A stretch of DNA of 64,000 nt from Candidatus Hermodarchaeota archaeon (GTDB taxonomy: Archaea; Asgardarchaeota; Lokiarchaeia; Sigyniarchaeales; SOKP01). The position numbers and the translations under genes are program-made. This document shows positions 1 to 9,355 of the stretch, one piece after another. The notes under the pieces are model-generated. The model did no database searches. It was given only the letters and a program-made list of their open reading frames with translations, and was not told where the DNA came from. Location of the stretch: NCBI GenBank assembly GCA_048885525.1, contig JBHLLP010000005.1, forward strand, positions 14,335-78,334, read 5' to 3'. The first letter of the stretch is position 1; each line of letters opens with the position of its first letter.

Positions 1-212
1 AGCTTTTTGTTTATGCATTATACCAAACTTACAAAAAAGAAGGCGAAGCATTCGTTCCAAAATTTAAAAAACTTTTAAGCGCTGGGAGCAGTTTATCTCC
101 CGATGAGCTAGGTAAGATCGTGGGTTTGGATGTAACTAAACCTGATTTTTGGAAACATGGAATGAAACAATATAAGCAATTTGTAGATGAGTTAGAAAAA
201 CTTACAAAATAA
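1..212 (+). CDS. M3B oligoendopeptidase F, C-terminal fragment (truncated by window edge)
   Basis: Frame 3 reads LFVYALYQTYKKEGEAFVPKFKKLLSAGSSLSPDELGKIVGLDVTKPDFWKHG...LTK* (TAA 210-212), a typical PepF/M3B C-terminus. Not in the ORF track. Confidence 0.8.
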   Translation, partial: LFVYALYQTYKKEGEAFVPKFKKLLSAGSSLSPDELGKIVGLDVTKPDFWKHGMKQYKQFVDELEKLTK

Positions 213-464
213 CTGATAATCGATCTTGTTAGCTTTATCGGAAAACTACTCTTTTTAGTTTAATTTATCTATATAATATATTTTATTTACAAATTTGTAA
301 ATTCATTGACTTCAAATTACTCTTTATTCTCTATGTTTTATGTTTAGATATTTTAAACAGAGACTTTTTTGGACTTAAGAAGAAACCTAATAAATATTGA
401 TACTTTATTTTTTCATAATTATTTTCTATCAAAAAATAACTCATAAATAATAGTGAATTTTGAA

Positions 465-2390
465 ATGAGTAAAACTAAGGAAATAGCAGTTCCTGATAAA
501 GTAAAAGGTTTTACCCAAGTTCGACTTGACGTTGATCTAACAGATGGAAAAATTAGCAAAAGCGCATTATCTAATGAATTCTGTCGCGATTGGATTGGCG
601 GTTACGGTTTCGGTGCAAAAATTCTTTGGGATGAATGTCCTGCTGGTGTAGACCCATTAAGCCCTGATAATGTTTTCGTTTATGCACAAGGGCCCTTTCC
701 AGGAACAATCTTACCTACTTCTAGTAAATATGGAGTATTTGCTAAGTCCCCCTTAACAGGAATGTTTGGGATGGCAATCTCTTCTGGATCTGTTGCTGCT
801 CAAGCTAGACGTGCTGGAATTAATACGATTGTGGTTAAAGGTAAAGCATCAGAACCTGTTTATATGGTTGTTGATGATGATGATTATTATTTAGTACAAT
901 GTAAAGATACATTATGGGGGAAAGGATGCTGGGAAACAGAAGAAATTCTGAGAGATGAATTTCAGGATCATCGTCTTGGAATACTGACTATTGGTCCAGG
1001 AGGAGAACGCGGAGGTCATATGGGATGTATTACTAATGATCGCAATAGACAAGCTGGAAGAACTGGAATGGGTGCAATTATGGGCTCAAAGAATCTTAAA
1101 GCGATATGTTTTAGAGGAACCAAAGGGATTAGTGTTGCTCGTCCTGTTGAATTCTTTAAATTAGCAAAAAAGTTAATAAAAGTAGCAAATGGACCTGCTA
1201 CTGCTAAATATCGTGATTTAGGCACACCTGCCGGTATAACCAGTTATAACAAGCTTGGAATGATGCCCACTTTTAATCATCGTGAAGGCACATGGGACAA
1301 AGTTGACGATGGAACCTTTACAGGTGATACACTTAATCAAGATTGGGTTGTAAAGAAAGTTGCGTGTTCTCAATGTTCTATAGCTTGTGATCACATAACG
1401 AAGATACCAAAAGATCATCCACATTGGCCTAATCTCTATTCAAGTATCGATCAAGAATTATGTTATAGTTTTGGATCTGCATGTGGAAACTATGATTGGC
1501 CAACTGTATTCAAATGTGTGTCATTAACTGATGATTTAGGTGTTGATGCAATAAGTGCGGGAGTAACAGCCGCAATGGCATGTGAATGCTATGAAGAAGG
1601 GATTATAACAAAAGATGATTTAGGTTATGAATTACCTTTTGGATCTACAGTTAATCTCGTAAGATTCACAGAAGAGATGATTCTTGGTAAGGGATTTGCA
1701 GGTAAGATTTTTGGAGATGGAACACGTGAAGCGGGAAAACGTTTAGAAGAAATGGGTAGAAAAAATGCAAGCTACTATGGTATGCATATTAAAGGCTTGG
1801 AAATACCCGCTTTTGATGTTCATGGTATGAATAGTTTTGCAGTTGGAATGAGTGTATCTATTCGCGGTGCATGTCATCTAAGGAATGGTTCTTATGGACT
1901 TGATGCTAAAGGTAATTTTGACCGGTTCGGTTATGACAAACCTGTTGAAAGAGGTAAAGCAATTAAAGATTTAGAGGATATCTATGCCATTATTGATTCT
2001 TATATAGTGTGTAAATTTACTCGAGGTATTTATGAAAATGACGCTGAAATGGCTAAAGTATTTGAATTAGTTACAGGAATCCCCGTAACTGATAAATTTA
2101 TAGCACATAGAGGAGACGCAATTGTTACACTTTCGAAGTGCTTTAATATTCGAGAAGGATGGACTAGAGACGATGATAAACCTCCCGAGCGATTCTTCAA
2201 GCAACCACATACAAAGGGACCAGCTAAGGGAGTTACTTTAAAGGAAGATGGCTATCAGAAACTTTTGAGTGGTTATTATGAAGCTCGAGGCTGGGACACT
2301 AAGACAGGGATTCCAACTGATGCAACTTTGAAATCTCTTGGATTAGATTTTGTAATTGGTAAATTAAATGTCGCGGGAGGGAAGAAATAA
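465..2390 (+). CDS. aor: Tungsten-type aldehyde:ferredoxin oxidoreductase
   Basis: AOR motifs KSPLTG, GRTGMGAIMGSKNLKAI, CSQCSIAC, DDLGVDAIS, RGACH, YYEARGWD. ATG at 465 is preferred over GTG at 453. Confidence 0.92.
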   Translation: MSKTKEIAVPDKVKGFTQVRLDVDLTDGKISKSALSNEFCRDWIGGYGFGAKILWDECPAGVDPLSPDNVFVYAQGPFPGTILPTSSKYGVFAKSPLTGMFGMAISSGSVAAQARRAGINTIVVKGKASEPVYMVVDDDDYYLVQCKDTLWGKGCWETEEILRDEFQDHRLGILTIGPGGERGGHMGCITNDRNRQAGRTGMGAIMGSKNLKAICFRGTKGISVARPVEFFKLAKKLIKVANGPATAKYRDLGTPAGITSYNKLGMMPTFNHREGTWDKVDDGTFTGDTLNQDWVVKKVACSQCSIACDHITKIPKDHPHWPNLYSSIDQELCYSFGSACGNYDWPTVFKCVSLTDDLGVDAISAGVTAAMACECYEEGIITKDDLGYELPFGSTVNLVRFTEEMILGKGFAGKIFGDGTREAGKRLEEMGRKNASYYGMHIKGLEIPAFDVHGMNSFAVGMSVSIRGACHLRNGSYGLDAKGNFDRFGYDKPVERGKAIKDLEDIYAIIDSYIVCKFTRGIYENDAEMAKVFELVTGIPVTDKFIAHRGDAIVTLSKCFNIREGWTRDDDKPPERFFKQPHTKGPAKGVTLKEDGYQKLLSGYYEARGWDTKTGIPTDATLKSLGLDFVIGKLNVAGGKK

Positions 2391-2951
2391 ATGTCAAAAG
2401 CCAAAACAACTAAAAAAAGAGGTGGGGTAGTTCACCAATTTATCATTGTCGATCCAAATTTGTGCACTGGTTGCGAAACTTGTGAATCAGTGTGTTCATT
2501 TGTTCATGATGGAGAGTTTAACCCTATTAATACGAGAATTCACAGAGTAAGAATTGAACCCATCTTAAATGTAGCATTAGCATGTCAGAAGTGCGATGAT
2601 GCTCCATGTGTTCGAAGTTGTCCAGAAAAAGCCTTAGAACAAGATAAAGAAACAGGTTCAATTATCGTTGATGATGACAAATGTAATGGATGTGCTTTTT
2701 GTATTCGTGCGTGTGATTTTGGTGTTCTAAGCTTACATATTCAATCTCAGAAGGCTCTAATTTGTGATCTTTGTGAAACAATGAAGGATGATTATATAGA
2801 TCCTGAAAGGGGTGAAAAATATCCTGCTTGTATCGATGTCTGTCCAAAAGAAGCTATCTCATTAAAAGATGTAGAACAAATTGGTGAAGAGAAACGAATT
2901 GATGCGGTAAAACGACTTTTTGGAGATATTCTAAAAGAAACTGAAGGTTAA
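2391..2951 (+). CDS. 4Fe-4S dicluster electron-transfer subunit (DmsB/CooF-like) of the AOR
   Basis: Four Cys clusters (CTGCETCESVC, CQKCDDAPCVRSCP, CNGCAFCIRAC, CDLC...CIDVCP); starts immediately after the aor stop. Confidence 0.88.
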   Translation: MSKAKTTKKRGGVVHQFIIVDPNLCTGCETCESVCSFVHDGEFNPINTRIHRVRIEPILNVALACQKCDDAPCVRSCPEKALEQDKETGSIIVDDDKCNGCAFCIRACDFGVLSLHIQSQKALICDLCETMKDDYIDPERGEKYPACIDVCPKEAISLKDVEQIGEEKRIDAVKRLFGDILKETEG

Positions 2952-3175
2952 ATAATATCTTTTTATTCTTTATTTTTTTATAGATTTAATATGAAAGACT
3001 TTAAGATTATTTTATCGATAAAATGTATAGAACTATATCAAGATTAATCTAATTATGTAAATGAGTCTTGGTACTTCAAGATTCTTGATTGTTTAACCAG
3101 AACATTTATATATTGAAATAAGTTCTTATACTTTTGAAAAATTTAAAAAAATATTTTTTGAAGGACAGTTAAACT

Positions 3176-3487
3176 ATGGACCCAGGTCTCATTGGGCTTA
3201 TTGTTGGCATCGTAGGTTCAGCTATCGGAGTGTTAGGGGGCGTTATTGGAATTTATCTATCTATTAAACGCACAAAAACCACCGCTGAGCGAAAATTTGT
3301 AATTAAATGCACTCTGGCTGCGTGGATAGCGGTCACTCTGTTAATAATTTTACCACTTTTACTTTCTCTTGCTGGATTAATTCCACAATGGATTTATTGG
3401 ATAGCATCAATCTTGTTTTATATCTTGCTTATATCATCAATCTTCTGGGCAAATAAGTATCAAGCGACACTACGAGAGCAACACTAA
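3176..3487 (+). CDS. Small membrane protein (about 3 TM), unknown function
   Basis: 103 aa ORF with three hydrophobic segments. Confidence 0.65.
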   Translation: MDPGLIGLIVGIVGSAIGVLGGVIGIYLSIKRTKTTAERKFVIKCTLAAWIAVTLLIILPLLLSLAGLIPQWIYWIASILFYILLISSIFWANKYQATLREQH

Positions 3488-3666
3488 GTCTCAGTCAATA
3501 TTAAAGAAACTGAAGCTTAAATTGAAATTTTTATTATTTATATTTTTTTTCTTAATCTTACTGTTTATAAAAAAATCATATTTTGGAATCTCGAATTTAA
3601 ACATTAACTTCAGGTTTTTTTAGAATAATTGGATAAAAAAAAAAATAAAAAAAAAGGGATAATATA

Positions 3667-4959
3667 TTATTCATAATCTGGCGTCTTTCCTTCAGCGACT
3701 TCTTTTTTATACCATTCATCATATGGTTCATATTCAGGTGGCGTGTACTCAATATCGGCCAAATTTTCAGCAATTGGATATTTTCCATAAATCCTTACAG
3801 CATTTATAAAAGTGTGTACATTTAAAGGAGGAGTATCAATTGGGACTTGGGTTAGACTGAAGCACATGCTTCCTTCTCGGCCAAGATTATCAATAATTTT
3901 TTTAACGTAATTGATAATATCTTGAGGGGAAGCATCCCTTATGAAACTAGCACTACAACCAACAAATATTGGTGGTCTCCATTTTTTTGTAATGTTTTCT
4001 TCAATATATTCCCTCATCAAATCAATAGGCCAGAGTTGAGTTTGGCCCATACCCATGATTAAAGCAGGTTTACCAATATATGACATTGCCATATTATGCC
4101 AACAATATTTCATGAGTTCGGGATCAAATCGATCTGGATTTTCTTCACAATAATCTCCACCACCTGCTGCAACTACTCTTAGTTTTTTCTTCTTAGCTTG
4201 TTTAGCAAAGTATTTATAATATGGATTAACAAATTCCTCAATTATCATCTTATTAGTATTTGGTACTACTGCCCATGCATCAGGAGCGATGAAACTTTTG
4301 ATTCCCGTTTCCTTCTTGAGAAACTCCATGAAAGGTAATAATACCTCATCAATACTCCAGGTCAGAAGTCTGTGAATGAACTCTGGATTCTTCCTAATAT
4401 TTCGTATCACTCTGATATATGAGTGGATACCACAAATGAAGCTAAAAGGCGCTGTGACTATGCCAGGTCCTTTAGATCCTGTAAATTCTTCAATTGCTTT
4501 ATGGCAATCTATAACAAAGGGATTGCTCCCGGAATCCTTTTCTGATATCCTCTGGATATCAACCTTTTCGATATCATCTGGATTTTTAATTAATGGATCC
4601 GATTGATCTATTGAGGGCATGTGAACACGACTCTTGAGGACCTTTCCCCCTAATGCTTCAACTTCATAATTATAGTTTGCAGGGGGAAATAACATAGGTT
4701 GTTCGAAACCATACCACTTCTGCATGGATATCTGTACACCAGTGCAATATCGGCCATCCGTATAGATGAACCTCTCTGGATCGGCTTTAGCCACCAACAT
4801 CGAATGAACATGCATCTGGGCAGAGAGTGATGGGGCATAATCTGGTTTTCCAAACATTGAAGCTACAGCTCTACTTCCAGGAGTAAGTTTGATGAATTTC
4901 AACCCCTTCGTATATAGGATTCCCTTCAATGCTTCTACTATAGTTGGGGACATACTCAT
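3667..4959 (-). CDS. Uroporphyrinogen decarboxylase-superfamily (corrinoid) methyltransferase
   Basis: YEVEALGGKV, APFSF, PEFIHRLL, EEFVNPY and DTPPLNV are URO-D/MT family hallmarks; 4-nt overlap with the corrinoid protein gene. Confidence 0.8.
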   Translation of the reverse strand: MSMSPTIVEALKGILYTKGLKFIKLTPGSRAVASMFGKPDYAPSLSAQMHVHSMLVAKADPERFIYTDGRYCTGVQISMQKWYGFEQPMLFPPANYNYEVEALGGKVLKSRVHMPSIDQSDPLIKNPDDIEKVDIQRISEKDSGSNPFVIDCHKAIEEFTGSKGPGIVTAPFSFICGIHSYIRVIRNIRKNPEFIHRLLTWSIDEVLLPFMEFLKKETGIKSFIAPDAWAVVPNTNKMIIEEFVNPYYKYFAKQAKKKKLRVVAAGGGDYCEENPDRFDPELMKYCWHNMAMSYIGKPALIMGMGQTQLWPIDLMREYIEENITKKWRPPIFVGCSASFIRDASPQDIINYVKKIIDNLGREGSMCFSLTQVPIDTPPLNVHTFINAVRIYGKYPIAENLADIEYTPPEYEPYDEWYKKEVAEGKTPDYE

Positions 4960-5588
4960 CTCTCACCCCCCATGAGTTTTACAGCATTTTCAGCAGCATG
5001 AACCCCATCTCTTCCCCATCCATCAGCACCAACTTCTTTCGCATACTGCTCGCTTATCCTGACGCCTCCAATCATCACTTTTAAACTAGATCTTAAACCT
5101 TCATTTTCAAGAATTTGTATGTAATCTTTAATTGTTGCAGCAGTGGTACTCATGTAAGCACCTAACCCAACGATATCAGGTCGGACCTCCTTAACCTTTT
5201 CAATGAACTTTGTAATGGGAACATCCACACCTAAATCATGTATCTCGAATCCTGATGCCTTGAGCATAGAACTTACAATTTCCTTACCAAGGTCATGAAT
5301 ATCTCCTTCAACCGAACAAATGAGAAACTTTCCTATTTTATCTCCACCAGGCTCAGTTTGATCTTTTTCAAGTATAGCCATTGCAGATTTGAAGGCCTCA
5401 GAACTCAAAATCATATCTGGAAGAAAGTATACACCTTGCTTCCAAAGTTTTCCTGCTTCAAGAATGCCTGGAATTACTGCATCCTTAATAATCTTCAAAT
5501 TATTAATTCCTGATTCTAGAATGTTTTTAGCTAATTCTTCAGCTAATTCTGGATCTCCTTCTAAAATTGATTTTTTTAATTCCTCCAT
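4956..5588 (-). CDS. Cobalamin-binding corrinoid protein (MtaC/MtbC-like)
   Basis: B12 motif EGDIHDLGK (DxHxxG), LGVDVP, KVMIGG, GADGW; N-terminal cap domain. Confidence 0.92.
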   Translation of the reverse strand: MEELKKSILEGDPELAEELAKNILESGINNLKIIKDAVIPGILEAGKLWKQGVYFLPDMILSSEAFKSAMAILEKDQTEPGGDKIGKFLICSVEGDIHDLGKEIVSSMLKASGFEIHDLGVDVPITKFIEKVKEVRPDIVGLGAYMSTTAATIKDYIQILENEGLRSSLKVMIGGVRISEQYAKEVGADGWGRDGVHAAENAVKLMGGER

Positions 5589-5870
5589 AAGATCACGTAT
5601 AAAATATTTATCTAAAATTTATAACTAGTAATATTTTGATATTTGTGTATATAAATTTTAGTTCCTATTGATATAATATAGGCATAAAACTTAATTTATT
5701 TACACTCGAGACATGTGAATCTGTTTGTTCCTTATTATTTCTATTTTATTTTTAATTTCAGCATTTATTTAAGTAGTTATTTTAAGAGGTAAATATTCCT
5801 TTTCTGATTAGACAAAATATTAGTGATATTATCATAATTAATGTGAAGGATTAAATATTTTTCAACTTAG

Positions 5871-6347
5871 ATGATAGTTATGTACTCACTAAGAAAAGCA
5901 AATCTCAATGATATAGATAAATTGATAGATTTTCGAGTTGAGTTTTTAAAAAAAGTTCAAGATTTTCCCTCCAATAATGAAATTGAAGAATTCCGCAAAA
6001 CTTTAAAGGAATATTTTTTGGAGAAAATGAAATCCAATGAATTTGTAGCTTGGATGGCAGAAATTAATAATGAGATCATCGCTACAAGCGGGTTATCTTT
6101 TCTACAAAAACCACCTCATTTTATTAATATGACGGGAAAATTTGCTTATATTATGAATATGTATACTAAACCTGAATGGCGTAGGAAAGGGATTGGAGCT
6201 GCGCTTCTTAAGAAATTATTTGAAGAAATAAGGAAAAAGGGGATACAATCAGTAGTTCTTCATTCTACTCCTACTGGAAGACCATTATATGAAAAATATG
6301 GTTTTAAAGAAAATGATGGTGATAAAGAAATGATCTTAAAATTATAA
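5871..6347 (+). CDS. GNAT family N-acetyltransferase
   Basis: Acetyl-CoA motif MYTKPEWRRKGIG and LYEKYGF. Confidence 0.88.
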   Translation: MIVMYSLRKANLNDIDKLIDFRVEFLKKVQDFPSNNEIEEFRKTLKEYFLEKMKSNEFVAWMAEINNEIIATSGLSFLQKPPHFINMTGKFAYIMNMYTKPEWRRKGIGAALLKKLFEEIRKKGIQSVVLHSTPTGRPLYEKYGFKENDGDKEMILKL

Positions 6348-6504
6348 ATAAAGAAATTTAACAATTTATATCATTTTTAAGAATATTTGATGAGTGTAAT
6401 TTTACTAGTATATATATTTAATATATTGATCGAAAATGATACATTTTCAATATGAAATGTTTGGAAATGTTAAATTTATAAGATTTTTTTTACGAAATTC
6501 GCCA

Positions 6505-6522
6505 GTTTCAATTAATTGAAAC
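6505..6522. promoter_or_regulatory. Perfect 18-bp palindrome upstream of hdrA (candidate operator)
   Basis: GTTTCAATTAATTGAAAC is its own reverse complement. Confidence 0.4.
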
Positions 6523-6633
6523 CGTTGGATAAAAATTTCAAGTATTAACTCATCCTATATTACTGAAAGAGAATTGATTTGTTATAATAATTTAATTTTA
6601 ATAATATAGACTATTTACAATATCATAATATAT

Positions 6634-6654
6634 TTCTTAGAAATATTCTAAGAA
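6634..6654. promoter_or_regulatory. 9-3-9 inverted repeat upstream of hdrA (candidate operator)
   Basis: TTCTTAGAA-ATA-TTCTAAGAA, about 64 nt before the hdrA start. Confidence 0.35.
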
Positions 6655-6717
6655 CTAAAAGATAACATCGTTAATCTTTACAATTCAGGAGGTTAGGATT
6701 AACAAAGGTGAAAAATA

Positions 6718-8694
6718 TTGTCTGATAAACAGACCAATGAAAGTGTTAACGAAGATCAACCAAGAATAGGTGTGTTCGTATGCCATTGAGGTATCAATAT
6801 CGCAGGGATCTTAGATATTCCTAAAATTGTTGAAGAAATAGACAAATTAGAAAATGTTTGGGCTTATCCTTATTTATCTTTGTGTACTGAAGGTGGATCC
6901 ACGGAAATTAAAGAGAAACACGAAGATCGAAAATTTGATAGAATTTTAGTAGCAGCTTGCACCCCAAAGACTCATCAACCCGTTTTCCATGCAATATTAA
7001 AAGAAATGGGATTGCCTCCAAGATACTTAGAATTTGTAAACATTCGAGAGCATTGTTCCTTTGTACATCAAGCTCCAGAAGTACGCGAAAGAGCTACATT
7101 AAAAGCCATTGAATTAATCAAAGCCGGGATCGCTCGAGCAAGATTATTGGAAGATGTACCTACTAAAACTGTACCAGTAGAACCTGCAGCTCTAGTTGTA
7201 GGTGGAGGAATTGCTGGCTTATCTGCTGCTATCGATTTAGGTGATGCTGGATATAAGGTATATTTAGTTGAAAAAAATACTACAATTGGTGGACGTATGT
7301 CTCAACTTGATAGAACATTTCCTACCGATGATTGTTCTATATGAATCTTGGGCCCAAAAATGCTTGAAGCCAATCGACATCCAAACATAGAGATCTTATC
7401 TTATAGCGATGTTGATGTTATAGATGGCTATATCGGTAATTTTGAAGTCAAAGTACGAAGAAAAGCACGATTCGTTGATGAAACAAAATGTACTGGATGT
7501 GGTACATGTAGAGATGTGTGTCCAGTTTACACGAGTAATTATTTTGATGAACATCTATCTGCAAGAAAAGTTATTGATATTGCTTTTGCTCAAGCGGTAC
7601 CAGCAGTTTCGCAACTTGAGAGAAAAGTATGCATTGAATGCTTTGCATGCGTTGATGCGTGTGAACAAGAGGCAATTGATTTTAGTCAGCAGGATAAAAT
7701 TGAAGCACTTAAAGTTGGTACAATAATAGTTGCTACGGGTTGGGACCTCTATCAAGGCGATGACTATGGATATGGTATATATGAAAATGTCATTAACCAA
7801 ATAGAATTAGAACGAATCCTTGCTCCAAATGGTCCTACTTATGGACATTTAAAGCGCCCATCTGATGGAAAACGTCCTACAAAAGTGCTGTTCATTAATT
7901 GCGTTGGTTCACGAGATATTAATAAAAATGCTCATTGTAGTGTTATATGTTGTAATCTTTCACTTAAAAATTCCAAACTAATAAAATCAGAGTATCCTGA
8001 TTCACAAATCCTTTGTACATATATAGATATGCGATGTGCTGGAAAAGATTATGAAGAATACTATAGAAGATCTCGTGATGCTGGTATAATTTTTGTTAAA
8101 GGATTAGTAGGGAAAATTGAAGAAGATCCACTAACAAAAAATCTTAAAGTACAATTTGAACCAGTTGGGACAGATACTGTAGTTTCTATGGAATTCCACA
8201 TGGTTGTGTTGTCGCCTGCTTCATTACCATCTCAAGGTACAATTGAAATTGCGAGAGTGTTAAACATGGAGAAAAGTCCTGATGGGTTCTTAAAAGAATA
8301 CCACGCTCGATTAGATCCAATTAGCACAAAAGTACCCGGAATTTATATTTGCGGTTCTGCTCAAGGGCAAAAAGAAATTGATAAATCGGTAAGTCAAGCG
8401 AGAGGAGCAGCATCAGTAGCAGGTATTCCAATGGGGAAGGGAGAATATACGATGGAATTAATCAGAGCTTCTCCCTCAGATGAACGATGTGCTAAATGCT
8501 ATAAATGTATAGAAGCTTGTCCATACACAGCAATTTCAGTAAATGAAAAAGGAAATATTGTAGTTGACCTAATAAATTGTCGCGGTTGTGGAACATGTGC
8601 GGGTCTATGTCCTTCAAAGGCAATTGAATTAACATACTTTAGAGATGATCAATATATGGCATTAGTAGATGAATTATTACCAATAGAGGAATAG
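6718..8694 (+). CDS. hdrA: Heterodisulfide reductase subunit A, selenoprotein (Sec24, Sec209), 658 aa
   Basis: TTG 6718 after AGGTGA; one frame joins ORFs 6880-7344 and 7348-8694. TGA 6787-6789 lies in RIGVFVCH-U-GINIAG and TGA 7342-7344 in TFPTDDCSI-U-ILGPK, both conserved Cys positions. FAD motif GGGIAG, CVGSRD, CSVICC and ferredoxin domains are present. Confidence 0.93.
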
Positions 8695-8707
8695 AGAGGT
8701 AGATAAA

Positions 8708-9166
8708 ATGGCAGAAGCAAATGATATTAAAATAATTGTTTATGCTTGCTGGAAATGAGGTTATGGTTCTGCTGATATGGCTGGTACTATTAGAGCACAA
8801 TATCCAGATTCGATTAGAAATGTTTTAGTACCATGCTCGGGACGTGTAGGATCAGACTTAATAATGCGAGCATTTGGAAGAGGTGCAGATGGAGTAGTAA
8901 TTAATGCTTGATATCCAGGTGAATGTGATTATGAAACAGGAAATTACCACGCATATAGACAAGTTGAATACGTTAAAGAAATTTTAAGAGTTGTTGGTAT
9001 GAGTCCAGAGAGAATTAAGATAATCTACTGTACTGCTGCTGAAGGTCAAAAATTCCAAAATGAAGCTATAGAAATTGATAAAATAATCAGGAAATTAGGA
9101 CCAAGTCCTCTACGTACAAAAGGCACACCTAAAAAAGAAAAAGCTAAGGCGAAAGCTAAAGCTTAA
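8708..9166 (+). CDS. mvhD: MvhD/VhuD [2Fe-2S] subunit, selenoprotein (Sec17, Sec68), 152 aa
   Basis: Missing from the ORF track. Reads MAEANDIKIIVYACWK-U-GYGSADMAG...VPCSGRV...GADGVVINA-U-YPGECDY...GMSPERI...LGPSPL...KAKA*, with TGA at 8756-8758 and 8909-8911 at MvhD Cys ligands. GAGGT upstream. Confidence 0.93.
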
Positions 9167-9174
9167 AAAATTTA

Positions 9175-9248
9175 ATGTGTTGACTGATGAAGCTGAGTTA
9201 AAAAAAACGAGAGCTCAGTTGAAGAAATGGGTGCACCATATAACACAT
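9175..9248 (+). ncRNA. Eukaryote-like SECIS element (cis-acting selenocysteine insertion sequence)
   Basis: ATGA (9187-9190), a 9-bp stem AGCTGAGTT/AGCTCAGTT, an A-rich loop AAAAAAAACGAG and GA (9221-9222) form the AUGA..GA kink-turn core; outer helix ATGTGTTG (9175-9182)/TAACACAT (9241-9248). Lies directly after the last Sec-containing gene. Confidence 0.85.
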
Positions 9249-9355
9249 AAAAATGGTTTGATAAAATTTAATATAAATATTTATAATTTATTTTAAAAAA
9301 TTTGGGAAATTTAAGAAAATATAAAAGTATTGTAAATAGTTAGAGTTGGAATTAC

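Noticed and set aside
1016-5628. Short ORFs overlapping aor, the ferredoxin gene and the methyltransferase pair
   Set aside because: They lie within or opposite well-supported genes and show no motifs.
6505-6522. GTTTCAAT...ATTGAAAC resembles the ends of CRISPR repeats
   Set aside because: Single 18-bp occurrence, no spacers or periodic repeats, and no cas genes.
6718-9166. hdrA and mvhD as nonsense-mutated pseudogenes, or a genome-wide UGA reassignment
   Set aside because: All four TGAs fall on conserved Cys positions and a SECIS follows. Trp is TGG in these genes, and other genes end normally at TGA (e.g. 25597, 26111).
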